From: Lepidodermella squamata
Lineage: Eukaryota; Animalia; Gastrotricha
Reading direction: 5' to 3'
DNA length: 64,000 nucleotides
NCBI GenBank assembly: GCA_047495785.1
Contig: JBLDXI010000015.1
Coordinates: 2,232,001-2,296,000 of the forward strand
This document shows, piece by piece, positions 1 to 15,000 of the stretch. The notes beneath the pieces were generated by a model. That model ran no database searches. It saw nothing but the letters and a program-made list of their open reading frames with translations, and was not told the origin of the DNA. Positions within the stretch are counted from its first letter, which is position 1. Each line of letters starts with the position of its first letter. The translations under genes were made by a program, and so were the position numbers.

Positions 1-3000
1 CATGAGCTCTGAGAACATGCCGAATGCATTCACACAAGCACTAGAAGCTGCGTCCATATCGTTAGGGTCGATCGAATCGTCTGCGGACAGTTGCTCCAGT
101 ACCTTAACAGCAGGTTCGAAAGCAGCAAGTATTGCTTGCTGAAACCAATCACAAAGTATTTGAAAATTCGAGTATTAGAAATACTCACTCTGAAAACGAT
201 TGAAACTGCCTGTTCACGAACACTTTGCAACAATCCCAGGAGCGAGCAGTAGCTTTTTGCCGAGTTCGCGCTCTTGTTCGAAGCTCCAACTGTTTTAATC
301 CATTCAGCGATTGATCGGCGCATCTAACAAAATTCAGTGATGGGGCAAATAACATCTCTTAAATGTAGGAACCTCTCGAAGTGATGAAATCTCATATTGG
401 TACCGCTGGAAGTCTTTGTCGATGTACTGTTTTTCTTCTTCACGAATAGAATCACTAACAGACTGGTTATCTGAAATAAAAATGATTTAATGGCCACGTA
501 AAAGGTCTGCCAGCATCTCCATACTTATCAAATCCCAATCTCCAGTATATGGTTCTTGTAGATCGAAGCCATTTATAGCGATAACCATCGGAATCAAGTT
601 AGACACAAGCAGGTCTGGGCTCAGTTTAGTTGCATATCCAGCAATTGTTTCGACTTGAGCCTCAAGTACCGGTAAGTCACGAACTGGTAAGATTTTCAAG
701 CCTGAAAAATCGATATAGGCAACCGCATCCACACTATCATAGCAGTAAGTTCGGATGATCAGGGAATAATTTTGCGATTCCAGCCCTGACGGAAGGACTG
801 TTTGATTCAAGAAGGCTGTAGTTTGAGGCACTGGTGTCAAATAAATTGGGTCGCAAGTCGGGCATTGATACGCCACAAATGTGAACTTTTTCAGAACCAA
901 GTCTTCTTGATCGCTGAAACCACTGCACCTGATATCAAAATTAGTTGTCAGGGCATAACCTTCTTTTGGAGAAACGCGACAAGATGCCGCAGTAGCATTC
1001 GGTGGACTGTCGATATACATCACTGCCATCGATCGACCAACCCTAGTGCCGCCAGACATTTTGGCCTCTGATACAACGACAAATGCCCGCCGATATTGCT
1101 TCGGCCCGAAGGCGTTAGGGTCGAAGGTTATGTCCGGCCCCGATTTTCCGGTCGATGTCAAAAGGGTCCAATTTGCCAATGTTTCAAGCGAAGCTGCGTC
1201 TCTATCTTCGTCGTAGAAAGATGAAGCAATGAACTCCAAATAGAAGACCTCGGGCGCACCATCAGGGATAGGAATAAACAACCAATTATAGCGGTATATT
1301 CTACCAATAATTTTGTTGTCTATGGTTCGCCGAAATGCCATCCTAGCCGCCGGATTCATCAAACAGCCAACGCGATAATTTGTCCCGCAATTCGCGAGAG
1401 GAATTACACCACCAGAAGGCGGTTCTCCTTTCTCAAGTCGAACGCTTTGAACAGCATAGCTCATTCTTTTCGTTAATCGATCGAAAACAATTGCGAGCAT
1501 GTTGAAGGTTTCGTTTTCAAACATATATGACGTAGTTAAAGCAACAGTTCCATCTGCCTTTGTGTAGTAAGCAGTTATGTTGTAGGTCTTCGGCTTGCCG
1601 TCTTCATCCTTGAATGTCAACGAACGAATAAAACGCGGCAGGTTTATTGATGGGGCCAGTTCTTTCACAGGATACGGGAAACTCGGATCGTCCTTCGAAT
1701 GCCAGCCCTGATAAAAACAACCGGGTAAGTTCTTTCCCATTTTCTCCTCTTCGGCATCCTTTGCGGGACATGCAGTTGGCTTCCATTGTTGAGGATTATT
1801 GACAAAGCTGTCCGCCTGAGCATAAGTCTGAAATTGCGGCCAATTGCCTTCACAGGACCTCTTGCAGTAGAGATGAACCTCGAGCGGTGTGCTCAGTTCG
1901 TCAGGATCATAACTGTTCTTGCGAGCATTTACCAAATGAATTTGACCGGACCCGAAAATTCCATCAACATATGGCGGCATAGGGTTGAACTTTGCCACCA
2001 AAGGTGTTCGACGGACCTCTGTCACGAATTGAACGATAGTTGCCATGTCCTCTTGTTCCGGCATGTCAAGGGCGAGAGTGAAACGATAAAAACCAATCAA
2101 AAGTGTGCGCTTCTCGTAAGACAGCGAAAAGTCGCGAATTTGGGATTTGCCTTTTACCTCAGTGAACTGGTTGAGTCTGAGATTTTTTGGTACCATGGCC
2201 AGGGTTACATTGTTCCATGGCCCATCTTCCGACGCTGAGAACTCAACAGTCCAGTTTTGAGTGAGAGTGAGCGTATCAGTGCAGTTCAGTTTTCCCGTGG
2301 CAAAAATATCCAATGGTTGACTTCGGAAAACATATTGTATCTGCGGAACATTAGCTATTGGTTCAGTACATGGCCCATTTGTGATTTTCACGCGTTTTTT
2401 CAACGTATTTGGATGGGTTTCCCAATCAACGTTGTCGACAACATTCCGTATGCTCGCTTGGACTTTGAAGGAGCCCTTCTTTGTGTAATTAGCGAAAATC
2501 GTTACTTTGTTGTTTTTCAGATCTTCGCCCGATATTTGCTTAAGGGTGGCTAAAAGATTGCGCTCATAGAACATAGTGCACGTATACTCGGAGCCAAATA
2601 GCGCCTGCTGTCCTCCGATAACACGATCTGAACCGTAATCGACGAAGACGCAAGCTGAACAATTAGTGTTTATGCCAAAAACTTATAGCAAATATTTTAG
2701 GGTACTTACGATCAGTAGCGAGTTGATCCGAGACAATCTCGATTTTGAGCAGATTGTTGCGTATTTCAGGGCTGTATTCCATTAGCTCAGGGTTGATAGT
2801 CCGGTCTTGAACGAAGAATGGAGCTTCCGCAGCGACGCTATCGAACGGGCTGCTCAAGTTCATGCTAGCTGTCATTCCACAGCTTTCGAGGTATTGACCA
2901 CATCTCGTGACTGTTTTGAATTTGTGGGTCGTATTTAGCGCAGTCGGCTCAAAGTCCACGGGACAGTCAGATTGCAGCCCATCGCCAAAGACCCAACATA

Positions 3001-6000
3001 CTTGAAACAAGGCACCGGAGGGAGCATTCGAGTAGAGCATGACCTCGGTATTGCTAGGTAAGTAATTCTTAGATTTTCCCAAGGGCTGATACCAAGGAGA
3101 TGTCTCATTATCGCGGAACTTGAAATACAGAGCGAGGTTTGTCGGTACCATGAAGTAGATCGGCATCAACTTTCGATACGTCTTCCGAGAGATCGAATTG
3201 GCCATGTCGATTTTGATTTGGAACACATCAGACGAGTAGTAAATATGGCTAAACTGTCTGCATGCCCTGAGAGACCCTTGTGTAATGGATGCAAGGCTGT
3301 CATCGCAATCAAAAATCGGGAAATCAGTAACAGAATCATCGCCGAAGTACAGCTGAGCTCGAATATCGCTTGCTACAGGTTCGGATGTATTTGACCATAT
3401 GGTCAATACTACAGGATTCGTCGCGAAGCTACCACTACCAGACGGTATGAGCTGCCCGTACTTTGGCGAGGTGGTCAGGACAAATGCAAACTCGGTGATG
3501 CCATACTCCACCTTTATTTTTTGATCCAGCGCGACTGGGCCAGCCTTACTGATGCTATTCTCAGCGTACACAAGCGGTTGGTACATCCCTGGCTTACGGA
3601 AATTGACGATAGTGTTAACTGTTGTTTGATTAGAAACATTGATAAAGCCAGTATCAGTCGCATTATAGACGATTCGGTACCGCCAAGGTACACCATAGTC
3701 AATGCTGGCGCTAACATTAGTATCGTCTCCAACAGCGAGGTAAACCGGGCCAAGGTTAGTAAACTTCAAGCCTTCGAGAATTTCAGCAAACTCGACATAA
3801 TAAGTTTGTGAAAAATTGTAGATGGTAACGTTGTTGGTGATGGTAAGCACTATCGGGTAGATACCAGCTTTATTCCACGACTTGGTCAGGGTGGTCAAAT
3901 TAGCATTGAAGTCTCCTGAATTCGGAACGGTCGCTGAAAATGAATCCTCGATAACCGCGCCGTCCCAGAAAAAGACTTGATACTCCGGATGGGCTGGGTA
4001 TTTCGGGTAGTCGACAGCTGGACCGTTATAGTTGAGGACGATCTGAGCAACAGCTGCTCCATTCTTCGGCAGCGGGTTAGGATAAGAAACAAATAAGTTG
4101 AAATTTTTCGCAGGATTCTCGACGCCGACAGATATTGAAGTCGACTTGCTGCTCACGTTATTCGCCATAGTAAAATCGACTCTGTATGCCCCGATTAGGT
4201 CCCACGTGTATTGAAGGTCGGAGTACGTGTCATTGACTGAGAAGTAACTGAAATACTTCGAAGTCGAAGTCGTCCCTTTCGAAGATTGGAAAGTTGCAGT
4301 CAGCAGACAGCGGCTGCAATTTGAAGCTGACACAACAAATTGAACAGGTTGGTTCCTCAGCGTGCCGTATTCCTTAGTTTGGTTCGAGGTGACAGTCAAA
4401 CTTGTGATGGGCGTCTCAACGTAAATGTATTGCTCAACGGTAATAGGATCAGAGACAATGTTGGACACTGTGATTGCGACTTTTTGATTGCCCTGAGCCC
4501 CATCAATCCCTACAAGGATTCCTGGAACCAAAAATGAGGTGTTTCTAGCAACGATATCATAGCTGATCTGCAAGGGAATGTCATTGAAGGACGCGTTCAT
4601 CCAGGCGTAGGAACCATCCGTGTATTTTGCCGTAGCGGAGATGTTTTGGCCACTTGCGATGACAGACGGTACACTCAGCGATAGGCCAGCAACCGGTTTT
4701 TGCACTAGAGTTGAGACAGAGCTGTAAACTGATGAGCGCCATTGAATTTGGGTTGAATAGATCCCCTCAGCAAGGTACCCGTTTAGAGGTGCTTGACTGA
4801 CCCCTAGAATCGGCTGGCAACCAGAAAGCTCAATCTGATAGGTCGGCTGGGTGACCCATGATTTTGGGACGACTCGAATCTTACGAGCGATCAGGTATCG
4901 AGGGAAACGAACCGTGGCCACACCATCGGCATCGTAAACTATTGCGAATGATGTCAGCCCGGGAAAACAATCAGTCAAAGGATCTGTAAGCCCACTAGAG
5001 CAATCAAATGCCACCGAAGTCACGTAACCACTTGATCTGGAATAATTCGATATCGTGAAACTGTGGAGCGCAAGCATGTAGGAAAACTCAATGGTAAGAT
5101 ATTCCGATGGAGAGGATGGTTTAAAGCCGCCTCCGTTTCGGCCCAAAATTATACTTTCCGGCTGGTATGATGTGTTATTTCCGGTAAAAATCGTCTCAGA
5201 AGCGAATGTCTCCAGAATGTTGCTCCAACAATGGGTAGAACTGGATCCATCGTTAACAAAAACATCAGCACTCCCGTTTGACGCCATCAACCCAGCTGAA
5301 AACTGGTCAATCATATCTGAATATAGCGTGCACCGATCGCCGCGATATTCGAATGTGTTGCAGGGTTTCGGTTCCGAGCTTGTCAAGCATGCCAAGGCAC
5401 AGTCGTCAGGTGTCAACGTTGATGGCTTCTGGCAAATGGTTTGCATCGGCTGGGACGTTGCTGATATTGAGGACCACTGATCCGTAGTTGCAGTTAGCAT
5501 TACGCGAGCGTTCTGGCTGTTCGAAGGCTGACTCGGGTTGTAGACTGATCGACCTGCTACATCCTTCAAAGTTTGACCGGTTTTAACAAACTGTCCGAGA
5601 GCGATTGGAGAAGAGGATGACACAAGTTGCCGTAGAACAACCGCTTCGGAAGATGAGCTGATTGATACCGGGAATCCGCCTAAAAGTTGGCAGTAGGACG
5701 ATGCGACGTCCGGCTGAGAGAGACCGGTCGTCGGCGCATCGATCTCACTCGATTTGAAACAGGAGCCACCCCATATAGTCCACCCTATCGGGCATTTAGC
5801 AGCGGGGGCTTGACAAATGTAGGGTAAAGTCTGCGAGCAGGGCAGAACTTTCAAGCCGCCTTCAGCGAAAATCGCCAAACATCCTGACCCGCTTAGATTC
5901 GGGATGTAACCAGGTGCCCATTCGAAATAGGGCGACTTGCTGATTGGTGGTAATCCCGTTGTTAAATCACTCGGAAGAGCCACTTTCCCATTAGAGATCA

Positions 6001-9000
6001 CAAAACCCGTCCACACACCTACTGCTGGCCCGTTCCACTGCAAACGAGTATAGAGCATGGACTTGGCAAGTCTCCATTCCTCTCGAGTAGACGGGGCAAT
6101 TAATGAACCACCGAACGAACTCAAGCAAAGACTAGCTGATTGCTGGTTCGTGGAAGTAACTGTAACATTAGGTTGCGAGTAGCAAGTACCATTCCGGCGG
6201 AGCATGGTCGACAGAGGGCAAGATCCGGCGAAAGTTCTTCCGTAAACTGTATCAGCTGGGTTTTTGGCGCAGATAAACGGCAGCTGGGATGTAGCAGCAG
6301 TGACAATCCAAGAGGCAGAAGCAGAAACTAATTGGGCCCCGCTTATGGCTGGAGCAGCAAGGGGAGTTGAACCAGAGCCAACCCAGGCCGCAAACGTGGC
6401 TAACTTGCCAGAACCATCAAGGTTTAGCCAGCTGTTCGACGATCCACCAGTAGCAAGCCCAAACCATGCCCCGTCGATTCCCGCAGTTCTAAAAAGTTAA
6501 GTTTTAATTAATAAGGTACGATAGAACCGCGAAACTAACCGAGTGAGATTCGAGAGAAAATCGTTGATTCCAGCGCTAGTTATCGCAGCCAGAGAGCCAC
6601 CAAAGGCGGAAGTGCAATACTGACTTGCAGCGTCCAGTGCTATTGATGCATTAATCAACCTGTAGCACATTCCGCTGTTCAACGACCAGTCCGTGGGGCA
6701 TGCAAGTGGAATCGCCCCGATTCGATTGAACCTTCGACTAGCAATTCGACTGAAAAATCGTGATGGTTTTGTATCTGCAAGGTAGGGTCGCTCGCAAATC
6801 GCCGCGAGTTGGGTGGTGCATGGCGTGTCAACCAACGCCCCTGATGATGCATCCAACGCGAGGCAACTCGATGATCCAGCTGTAGCCGATCCGAGACGGT
6901 AGATATTCCCAGAAGAATCAGCTGAGAGTGAACCATTCCCTCGCCACGTCGCAACATGGTATCGGACTGAAGCGGCGGTTTTCGCCAGGTTTGCAATGAC
7001 AGCCAATGAGGAGGCGTCTTTCAGTGATGCAAGAGAAGCTCCGTTTAATTTGCACTGTTGAGCAGCTGAATCAAAGTTGTAAGACCAAGTCGGAAAGGCC
7101 CGAAAGCAACTGCCCCCATACGCAGTCCAGTTCCCGCCATCATTTCCGCATAGTTTGTAGTCTAAAGTTAAACCCATTGGAAAAATGAAAAGACAATACT
7201 TATTTGTTTCTCACTTGACGATGGCATCTGGCAGACGTATGGAAGCTTTTTCGAACACAAATTGGCTTGAAGCTTTATTGACGGTAGTAGAAGAGATACG
7301 CAATCGTAATTAGCCGCTGACCCGGTAAGATCGTCAAGCTGCTGAATAGCAGGGTCTTCATTTAGCTCTGTAACCCAAAAGTTTCCAGCATTTCTCAGAC
7401 GAGACAATCCAGTCCAGATCTCGGAAACGCCTCCGCCGACGAAAGATGAAATGGACTGCCACGTTGCAGCTTTTGCGGGAAAAGCTAAGGTAGCGCCCAG
7501 GGCTGCGCATTGATATTGCGCCTCTCCATACGTCACGACCTTCGGCATGTAAAGAACACATAAGCCATTTCCGAGCAATGTCCAGCCCGGCAAGCATGTG
7601 CCTCCCTTCAGTATTTCATCACCAGTTCGAATCATGAACGCCGTAACATTCGGATCGTTGTAGTTGATCGTCAAATTCTTCGGGGCAACTAAAAACAGAT
7701 AGTTAATTTGGCATAAGAATAAACCGCTGAAACTTGCCATTCGAAGTGGCTGAGGCGTAAGAGTATACAGTGATAGTCTGGTTTTGACCGGGTATAATCG
7801 CGGGCGGATTTTGGAGCTGAAGTTGAACGTTGTTGATCGGATTATAAACGGTGACGGCGAACTTAAAGTCAGAAGTTTAGCCTTACTCGGATTTTACTGA
7901 ATGAACTCACATCAAAAGTGAAATCACCAAGATCGTTCCAGACTCGAACTTTGCCGCTGTAATCCCCCGCATCTGGAAAGAAGCGAGTTATCGGGTTCGT
8001 ATTATTGGCCGGGTCCCAATATAGCGCTTGCAGGGGATCGCTGCCCCATGCGATCTCATAGTTGCAGCCACAATTAAACTTCCGGGTGAGGTATATTATT
8101 ACAGGCATTTGTGCATAAGCGACTCCACTCGGAGGAACAAACGTAGGTTTCTGACAAGGAGCTGTAATTCTGATAATTTGAGTAATAGCCAACACATTAT
8201 CAGGGAAAGAGGCGTCCGCTGCTGTGGCGTAGAAGGGCACATTTCCGCAAGTACCTTGCCAATTGATAGCCATAACAAAGTTCACGGAATGTACAGCAAA
8301 AGCCCGAATCATCGGGATGAAGTCGTGAGCCTATCAGGCTTATTAGTAATTAGTAGTTCGAAAATAAAACTTCAACTTACTGTAGTCTGACTGGGCACGA
8401 TAATGTCAGCTGAAGTGAAACTCGTTTTCGAGCTGTTTACGCTGAACGAGTTAATGTTGCTTTGAACATATTTCAATACTCCATTTTCATTCAAGTTTGA
8501 AACCCATCGAATGGCCATGATGCTTCCCTCTGGAAACTCTGCTACATCAACTGATCGTATGTAGTAAATCTGTGGACCAGTTCCAGGAAAGTTTATCCCG
8601 TATTCCGTAACAAATTGGTATTGAATAGGAGCCTGTGGGCCTTTGAAGTAATTTTTGATTGGGGCTATCCAGATCCTTGGGTTCTGTACCGAACAGCATC
8701 CATTTCCAAAATTGCAAACTTTATAGCCGTTTGGACACGTCAAGGCATTGTAAGGAGCTTGCTTTGCGCAGACAGTGGTATTGCTTATACAGCTGTAACT
8801 TTTCATGCAGAAAACAGTGCCAGAAACAGGGCAAAGTGGGGCCCAGAACTGAACGAAAATCTTGCCTCCAACACTCATACTTGAAAGATTTTTTCAATGA
8901 GAGCATATGAATCTTGCAAAATTCCAACTCACTCTGCCTCTATGGCATAAACGCTGGCGAATGATTGCAACGGGAAATTGGATAACAGGAAAATCCTGTT

Positions 9001-12000
9001 TCTGGCGGTCGTAGTGTTGCTGATCAAGCTAACTGGGCTTCCCGAGCTGTTTGTATATGGCGTGATGATTCCGTATTCTTTCCTCTCCGCTGTAAAGTAC
9101 AGTGGGCAATTAAATCCCACATAATTATGATTTTTCTTGAAGTAACATACCAACTAATTTTGTTTTGTATTGACGCCGCTCTGGTCCGAGTGGTCCGTAA
9201 GTAGTGTTGACCGTCAAGTTAGAACCTCCAACGAATCGCAGGAGGCATTTGACAGTTTGGCCAGCTGGACTGTAATTCGGGCAGCTTGCGAGAGTAATCG
9301 ATTTCGTCCTCGTTTCAAGCTGTAGAAATCTCGTAGTAGTCGTCTCACGTCCCTCAGCATCCGTAGCTACCAAGACCAGCTTCTGACCGCCGATAATCCT
9401 TGGGGTGTAGATGAATGAGCTTGACTTCTTGATTACCAATGGCTCCCCGTATGGTACAGCCAGTCTTGAAAATCCTACTTTGTAAACATAGAGCCGATAG
9501 ATGACTCCCATGCCTGCATCTCGGAACGTGTCGATGAAGTACGGCATAAATTGTCCAGCTCGGACGTTGTCAGGCCAACGCTCAGATCCATTGATCAAAT
9601 CTGCTGATAAGCTGTACTTAAGGCACATGGCAGTCACAAAGCTGGTCGGTATGATTCTGATGTAGCGAGCAACAATGTTAGTTTCAAAATTATGCGTGAT
9701 ATCCGAGGATGACGCGGTCAAGATGGGCATAACTACTGAAGTTGGCGTTGCTGAAGTTATTCGGACTAGCGCAGCACTTCCATTCTGAGCTGTCGTATTC
9801 GACCAAGTGTAAGTTGCCCAATTAACGCCATCCCAGCTATACTGTACCTGGTAGGTTGTAACGTAAGAACTAGAGGAGGAGCATCCAGTTAGACGGACAG
9901 ATGTGAAGGAAACTTGGTAACCGTAGTCGACTTGAATAAACTCGGTGCCGTTGTTCGTGCTTCGTCCACACCAGCATGTGCCCGATGTAGTGGGCTGGGC
10001 ATCAACTGGGCTGGTCACGGGGGCAGGAGAAGTTATGTACGCACCAGTGATGGCCCCGGATCCGGTCTTTAGCGCGTACATTGAGAAATCAGGATCGAAC
10101 TCGCAGACGAATGCAAAGAGGTGAAAGCAATGAGTTACCCTCCACTGAAACAGGGACTTAGCATCCGAGTAGACGCATGGCGTAGCGAAATCAGACTTCT
10201 GCAAATCAACATCCATTGCGAAGAAACTTGATTGAAATTCTGTAACATTAGTGCCATCAGTATTTGACCAAATAGGACCGAAATCAGTCATCTTCATTCC
10301 AATCCAGAAGCCATTATAACTGAGGTAAATGTAATGATCACGCGTTGCCTTAAAATGTCAATGCCCTTACTTGAGCGATGTAAGATTTCTTAACAGCTGC
10401 AGTTGGGCGAAATTTTCTATCGTAGCCAGATGGCCATTTTTGCTGCCCGGATAATTGTTACAGTAAACCTCAGCATCGTCAAAGGTCTTTGGCTCGTCAA
10501 CGTGCACGAAACAGCTTTTGAATATAAGCTGAGCATAGGGTGGACAAACTGTAGAAAAATAGTATAATCTTAGTTTGTAATGCAGAAAAATTAAAGGAAC
10601 TACCATCAATAGATGGCGAAAGTATCTTGCAGAGTCCAAGAGGGGCGCTAAACCCGGAATCAACCGATGTGTTTGTGCTAGTCCACAGCTGCCAGTCAGA
10701 GCCATCTCCTCGTTTCAACATTCCAACAGTCCCAGAAGCATAACTTGCTAGATTCATAGCGCCACCGAAAAATCCTACAGACAGCTGCCCATCATGTCTG
10801 CTACATGTCGGGTCAGTGAAAGTTCCAGCAACGCAGCCGATCCAGTAACGTGAAGAAATTCTAATATTATCAAATGATACAGTCGTCATCTTTATTGCAT
10901 ACTTTGAACTCACCCCATGATCTCAGGAATTCGATTTTCCGTTGGCCCATCAGGGTAAAATAGAGCGGCCTGGTTTCCGCTAAGAGCGCAAGTTGCCGTC
11001 GCGGCACTGTAAGTCGCTGTGCCTTGACTTTTGAAACAGTACTGAAACAAGGGTGGAAACTGCTCCCATCCAGCAGGACAGCCCAAAGGTATTATCCGGG
11101 TAATCATCAGCTGGTTGACCTGTCTCGTCGCTGCTGAGTTGTAAAATGACATGAATTTTGAACTCGTTGCTCCTCCTTCTTCCATATTGTTCTTGACCGC
11201 CGGAATAGGGCACATACCAGCCTGGTGAATAATGGCTCCTGGCATCGAATCCAGACAGCGGCAAAGATAGCCGCGCTGAATAGCAGCGAATCTTGTGTTT
11301 GAAGAAGAGCAATATCTCCGACACTTGGTTCCAGACATAGCTTGGCGATCTCCCATTGCCTTCAATGTGTGAAGATTCAGATCTTTAGTGGCGAAACAGC
11401 CGATATAATCAGGGTGACCACACCATTTCATTGCCTGTTGAGTTTCAGCTGGGTTCAACCCTCTGTCATACACCTGAAAACACTGCATCATGCCCACAAA
11501 TGGGGTTTTGGTTTTTGCAAAACCCAAGGGTAGTAATGGATTTATTCCGATCGTTAGCGAGCCCGCTGCGAATGCTGTAGTAGGTAAGGGAGCCTCGGTC
11601 GATACTGGCAACAGTGGTTTGCCGTCATAAGAAAGAAACAAACTGTCGGCCCAAACGTCGTAATGATAACCATGGGTGTGCCATTCGAACGGTTTAGTTG
11701 GCGCCTGGTATCTCGAAGTGCCCATTGCTAATCTACTCTCAATCGACGCAGCTGCCACAGAACCATTTGCGTAACCACCTGTCAAAGCTCCCTGCCAATT
11801 AGCTGATCGTGCGGATGTGAAGCCGTAATCCATTCCAAATGAGTAGTTCGAATGATAAGCATTATATAGAATTGTAATGCTTTTGGTATTAATATTTGTT
11901 TGCAATCGGGCGGTCTTGCCATCAGCCTGTAGCAGTCAATTTTGAAATCAGACTGATGGCTATGTAAAACTTACTATGAAGTATTGGCTATCTCGACCGT

Positions 12001-15000
12001 AAAACTGGAAGGCGGACAGGGGTCGGCCATCTGGACCAGTACCGAAATCAGCATCCATATAAATCGCATGTGGAATTTTTGCCGAATTGTCGCCTTCAGT
12101 CATGGCAGACATAGACCATAGAGCTATTGGCTCTCGATGGTGACCTAAAGTAAAATGACAGTAGCAGAACGGTGAAGAATACCAAAGAATAGCGAAAGAA
12201 TACCAACGATCAGCGCGTCAACTTTTCCTGAAAGAACTTTATCGCAGTCAGCTTGAATGTCATCCAAGTTGAGAAATGGGTTGTTGATGATAACGAGGCC
12301 TGAAAGAGCCGAATTTGGCGTTGAAGCATTTTAAAAAACAATTTAGCACATACAAGACATTCGAAAGGTTGATTCATTGACCGGCGGTGCCATGTCAAGG
12401 CCGAGATAAACTCCTCCGGACATGCAATAATTGTTTGAATTTACTGCGCTGTTCACTTCGCAAGCAAGATCGCCATCAAAATAGACTTTGAGGTTCGCCG
12501 TATTTGATCCAATTGTTCTCACAACGCTCGAAACAAAAACCCAGCTATTTGGCGCATTCCTTAATAAATAAAACAAGTTAGTATTGCTTCCGCACCGAGT
12601 GAAAATTGAGATTTGGCGCGTGACTTCGCCCGTTCAAGTAAATTGATAATCATCTTGAATAATTGGGAAGAAAGTACCGACTTTTTGCACCTGCACGTGC
12701 ATTGTGATGCTTTGCTGAGGTTGGATGTCCACTAATTTCTAATATCTAAATACATGCCCGGAAATTCGAAATGGATGCCCGCCCCAACGGCTAGAACTTC
12801 TCAGAAGAATGGATCCATATCCCTCGAATCCTAACTTTGAAAATGAACAGTATATAAGAGAAAGTGGCCCGAAGAATTGCTAAATTGTGCTCGAAAAGTT
12901 TTGCAGTCTCCAACAGGATGTATATCTATTATTTGAATATAGGCATGTAGGATAGTTGACTCACGGGATATCGCATGCAATCAAAACTGCGACTTGGAGC
13001 TGTAATCAGAGAACAGTTACCGTACACTGCGATAGACAGAAAATGAAGTACTTACCGCCCCCGACACCAAACGGGAAATTCTCACAATTACTTGATTTCC
13101 CTGTTGATGCAAACCAATGGTAGTCAAACCACCTAAGCCATCCGAAGCTGGTGAAGTGGAGAAGAACCTTTTATCATCTGCAGTGGGTCCTCTAAATATC
13201 AAGTTGAACATAGTTTACTGGAATCACTTAGCAGAATCAAACGTGTAATAGAAGTAGAATGCGATGGTCTGTCCTATAGATGACATGTATGAGCACAAGT
13301 ACCCTCGGTCGTAAATCGATTTTGCGGCGAAAACGCCCGAGCCGAGTGCGCTATTTCCCTGATACGTGAAAGCTTACTTAAAATAGCTGTATGTATTACG
13401 ACAAAGAAAACCCACGTCTTTGTTGAGTTCAATGCCAGCCCGAAGTCCGTTCGGCCGCAGTTCAACAGCTCCATTAGCTCGATTTTTCGGCCCATTCACG
13501 TAATTCCACCGTTGGTATTGCGGATTGGATGATGTTCCGACGTTAACCGGCGAACCGTGAAATTCGTGGCCCGAAATGTCGTAGGTAAGAAAGCGAGCAT
13601 TTAAGGGCCAGAACAGTACTAAATCGTTGGGTGCGCTGAACAACGATGAATCTACAGCGAGTTCGAGCACAAAAATATTTAGCAAAATGGTAGTTTCAGG
13701 ATAACGATCTTACATTTCCCGTAGTAGAAGTCCAATGTATTGCGGCACATTTTAATGACAGGAGTGTTCACATCGGTGAACTCTGGTGCTCTAAGGGCGA
13801 CGTCATACATTGCAAAACAAGCTAATTTCCCGGTAAATGTCTGAAAATATCCAAGTTAATAAAATGTATTTAATGCAAAATCACGCCGTTACATAATTCC
13901 CGGCTTGACCGAATCTAATACCCGATGATGCAACGATTGGGAAAGGGGCTGCCACCGAAGCCACAACGGTATTTCCCTTCTCACTGCTGACGGACATATA
14001 GAATTCGTTATTCCAGCGATTGTACTTTATAGCTGCTCTGACCCAGATATTGCAAAGAATGCCAGCTGCTTCGAGGGTCAATGCTCTGTAAAATGAGCCC
14101 GATGGACTCATCATGTGGAAAACCAATCTGTCACAGTTTTCGATGTAGGCTCGGGTGCTCGACTGAGAATGAAAATATGCCGAAATTATCAAAATTGTTA
14201 CATTCAGTAATATGTGTGAATTATGTACATTTCAATACTCAAGTCTTCTATTTTAAAGGGTTCATAAATGAGAATAATAAACTTACATCAGATCCAGTTT
14301 GCAGATCATAATGTGAAAATAAGCCATGGTACTCGTTGCCACTGGTTGGTTTTTGTGACGTAGTATTATAGCTTGCTTTCGCATAAAACCAGAAAACATA
14401 GGTGAATGAGCTATTCGACCCTAGAGTATTGTAATATTCCCCGGATGAAATGGGTGCTGTATTCGAAAGCCCATCAACCGAAAGAAATAGGGACGCCGAA
14501 TAGGGCAAACCAGTCGGACCTGTGCCCGAGGCGACCCGTGTTGGAGTGAAACGAGTATGGCCCCGGCCTGAAATATCTCGAAACATCAAATCACGACCCA
14601 TTGGCCAAAACCCGCGCAGGTCAGCTGGCCTGTATAGCATATTATTTGGGCCACCATAAGTAGGTGTAGCATCGGAAAGTTGTTTGCAGAACGATGTCAA
14701 CACTTCGAGATCAGCGATGTTGGTAAGTAAGTTGGTTGCGTAGATATATAGGCAAAAGAAGTTTCCTTTCAGTTGCGTGCTTGTAGGATTAACCAAAGCA
14801 TCTTTTTTCAATGCAAAAGGACTCGAGATCTTGGCTTGCCCAATTTCAAAACCATTCATCATTGGTATGTCATAATTTGCTCCAAGCATTCGACTGCCGC
14901 AGGTTGAGTCGCCCGCCATCACTGTCAAATTTCCACTTGGGTAATCAAAAAATATCCCCATTCGGAAAGTGGATGGACGCCGAGCTCCACTGGGATAGCA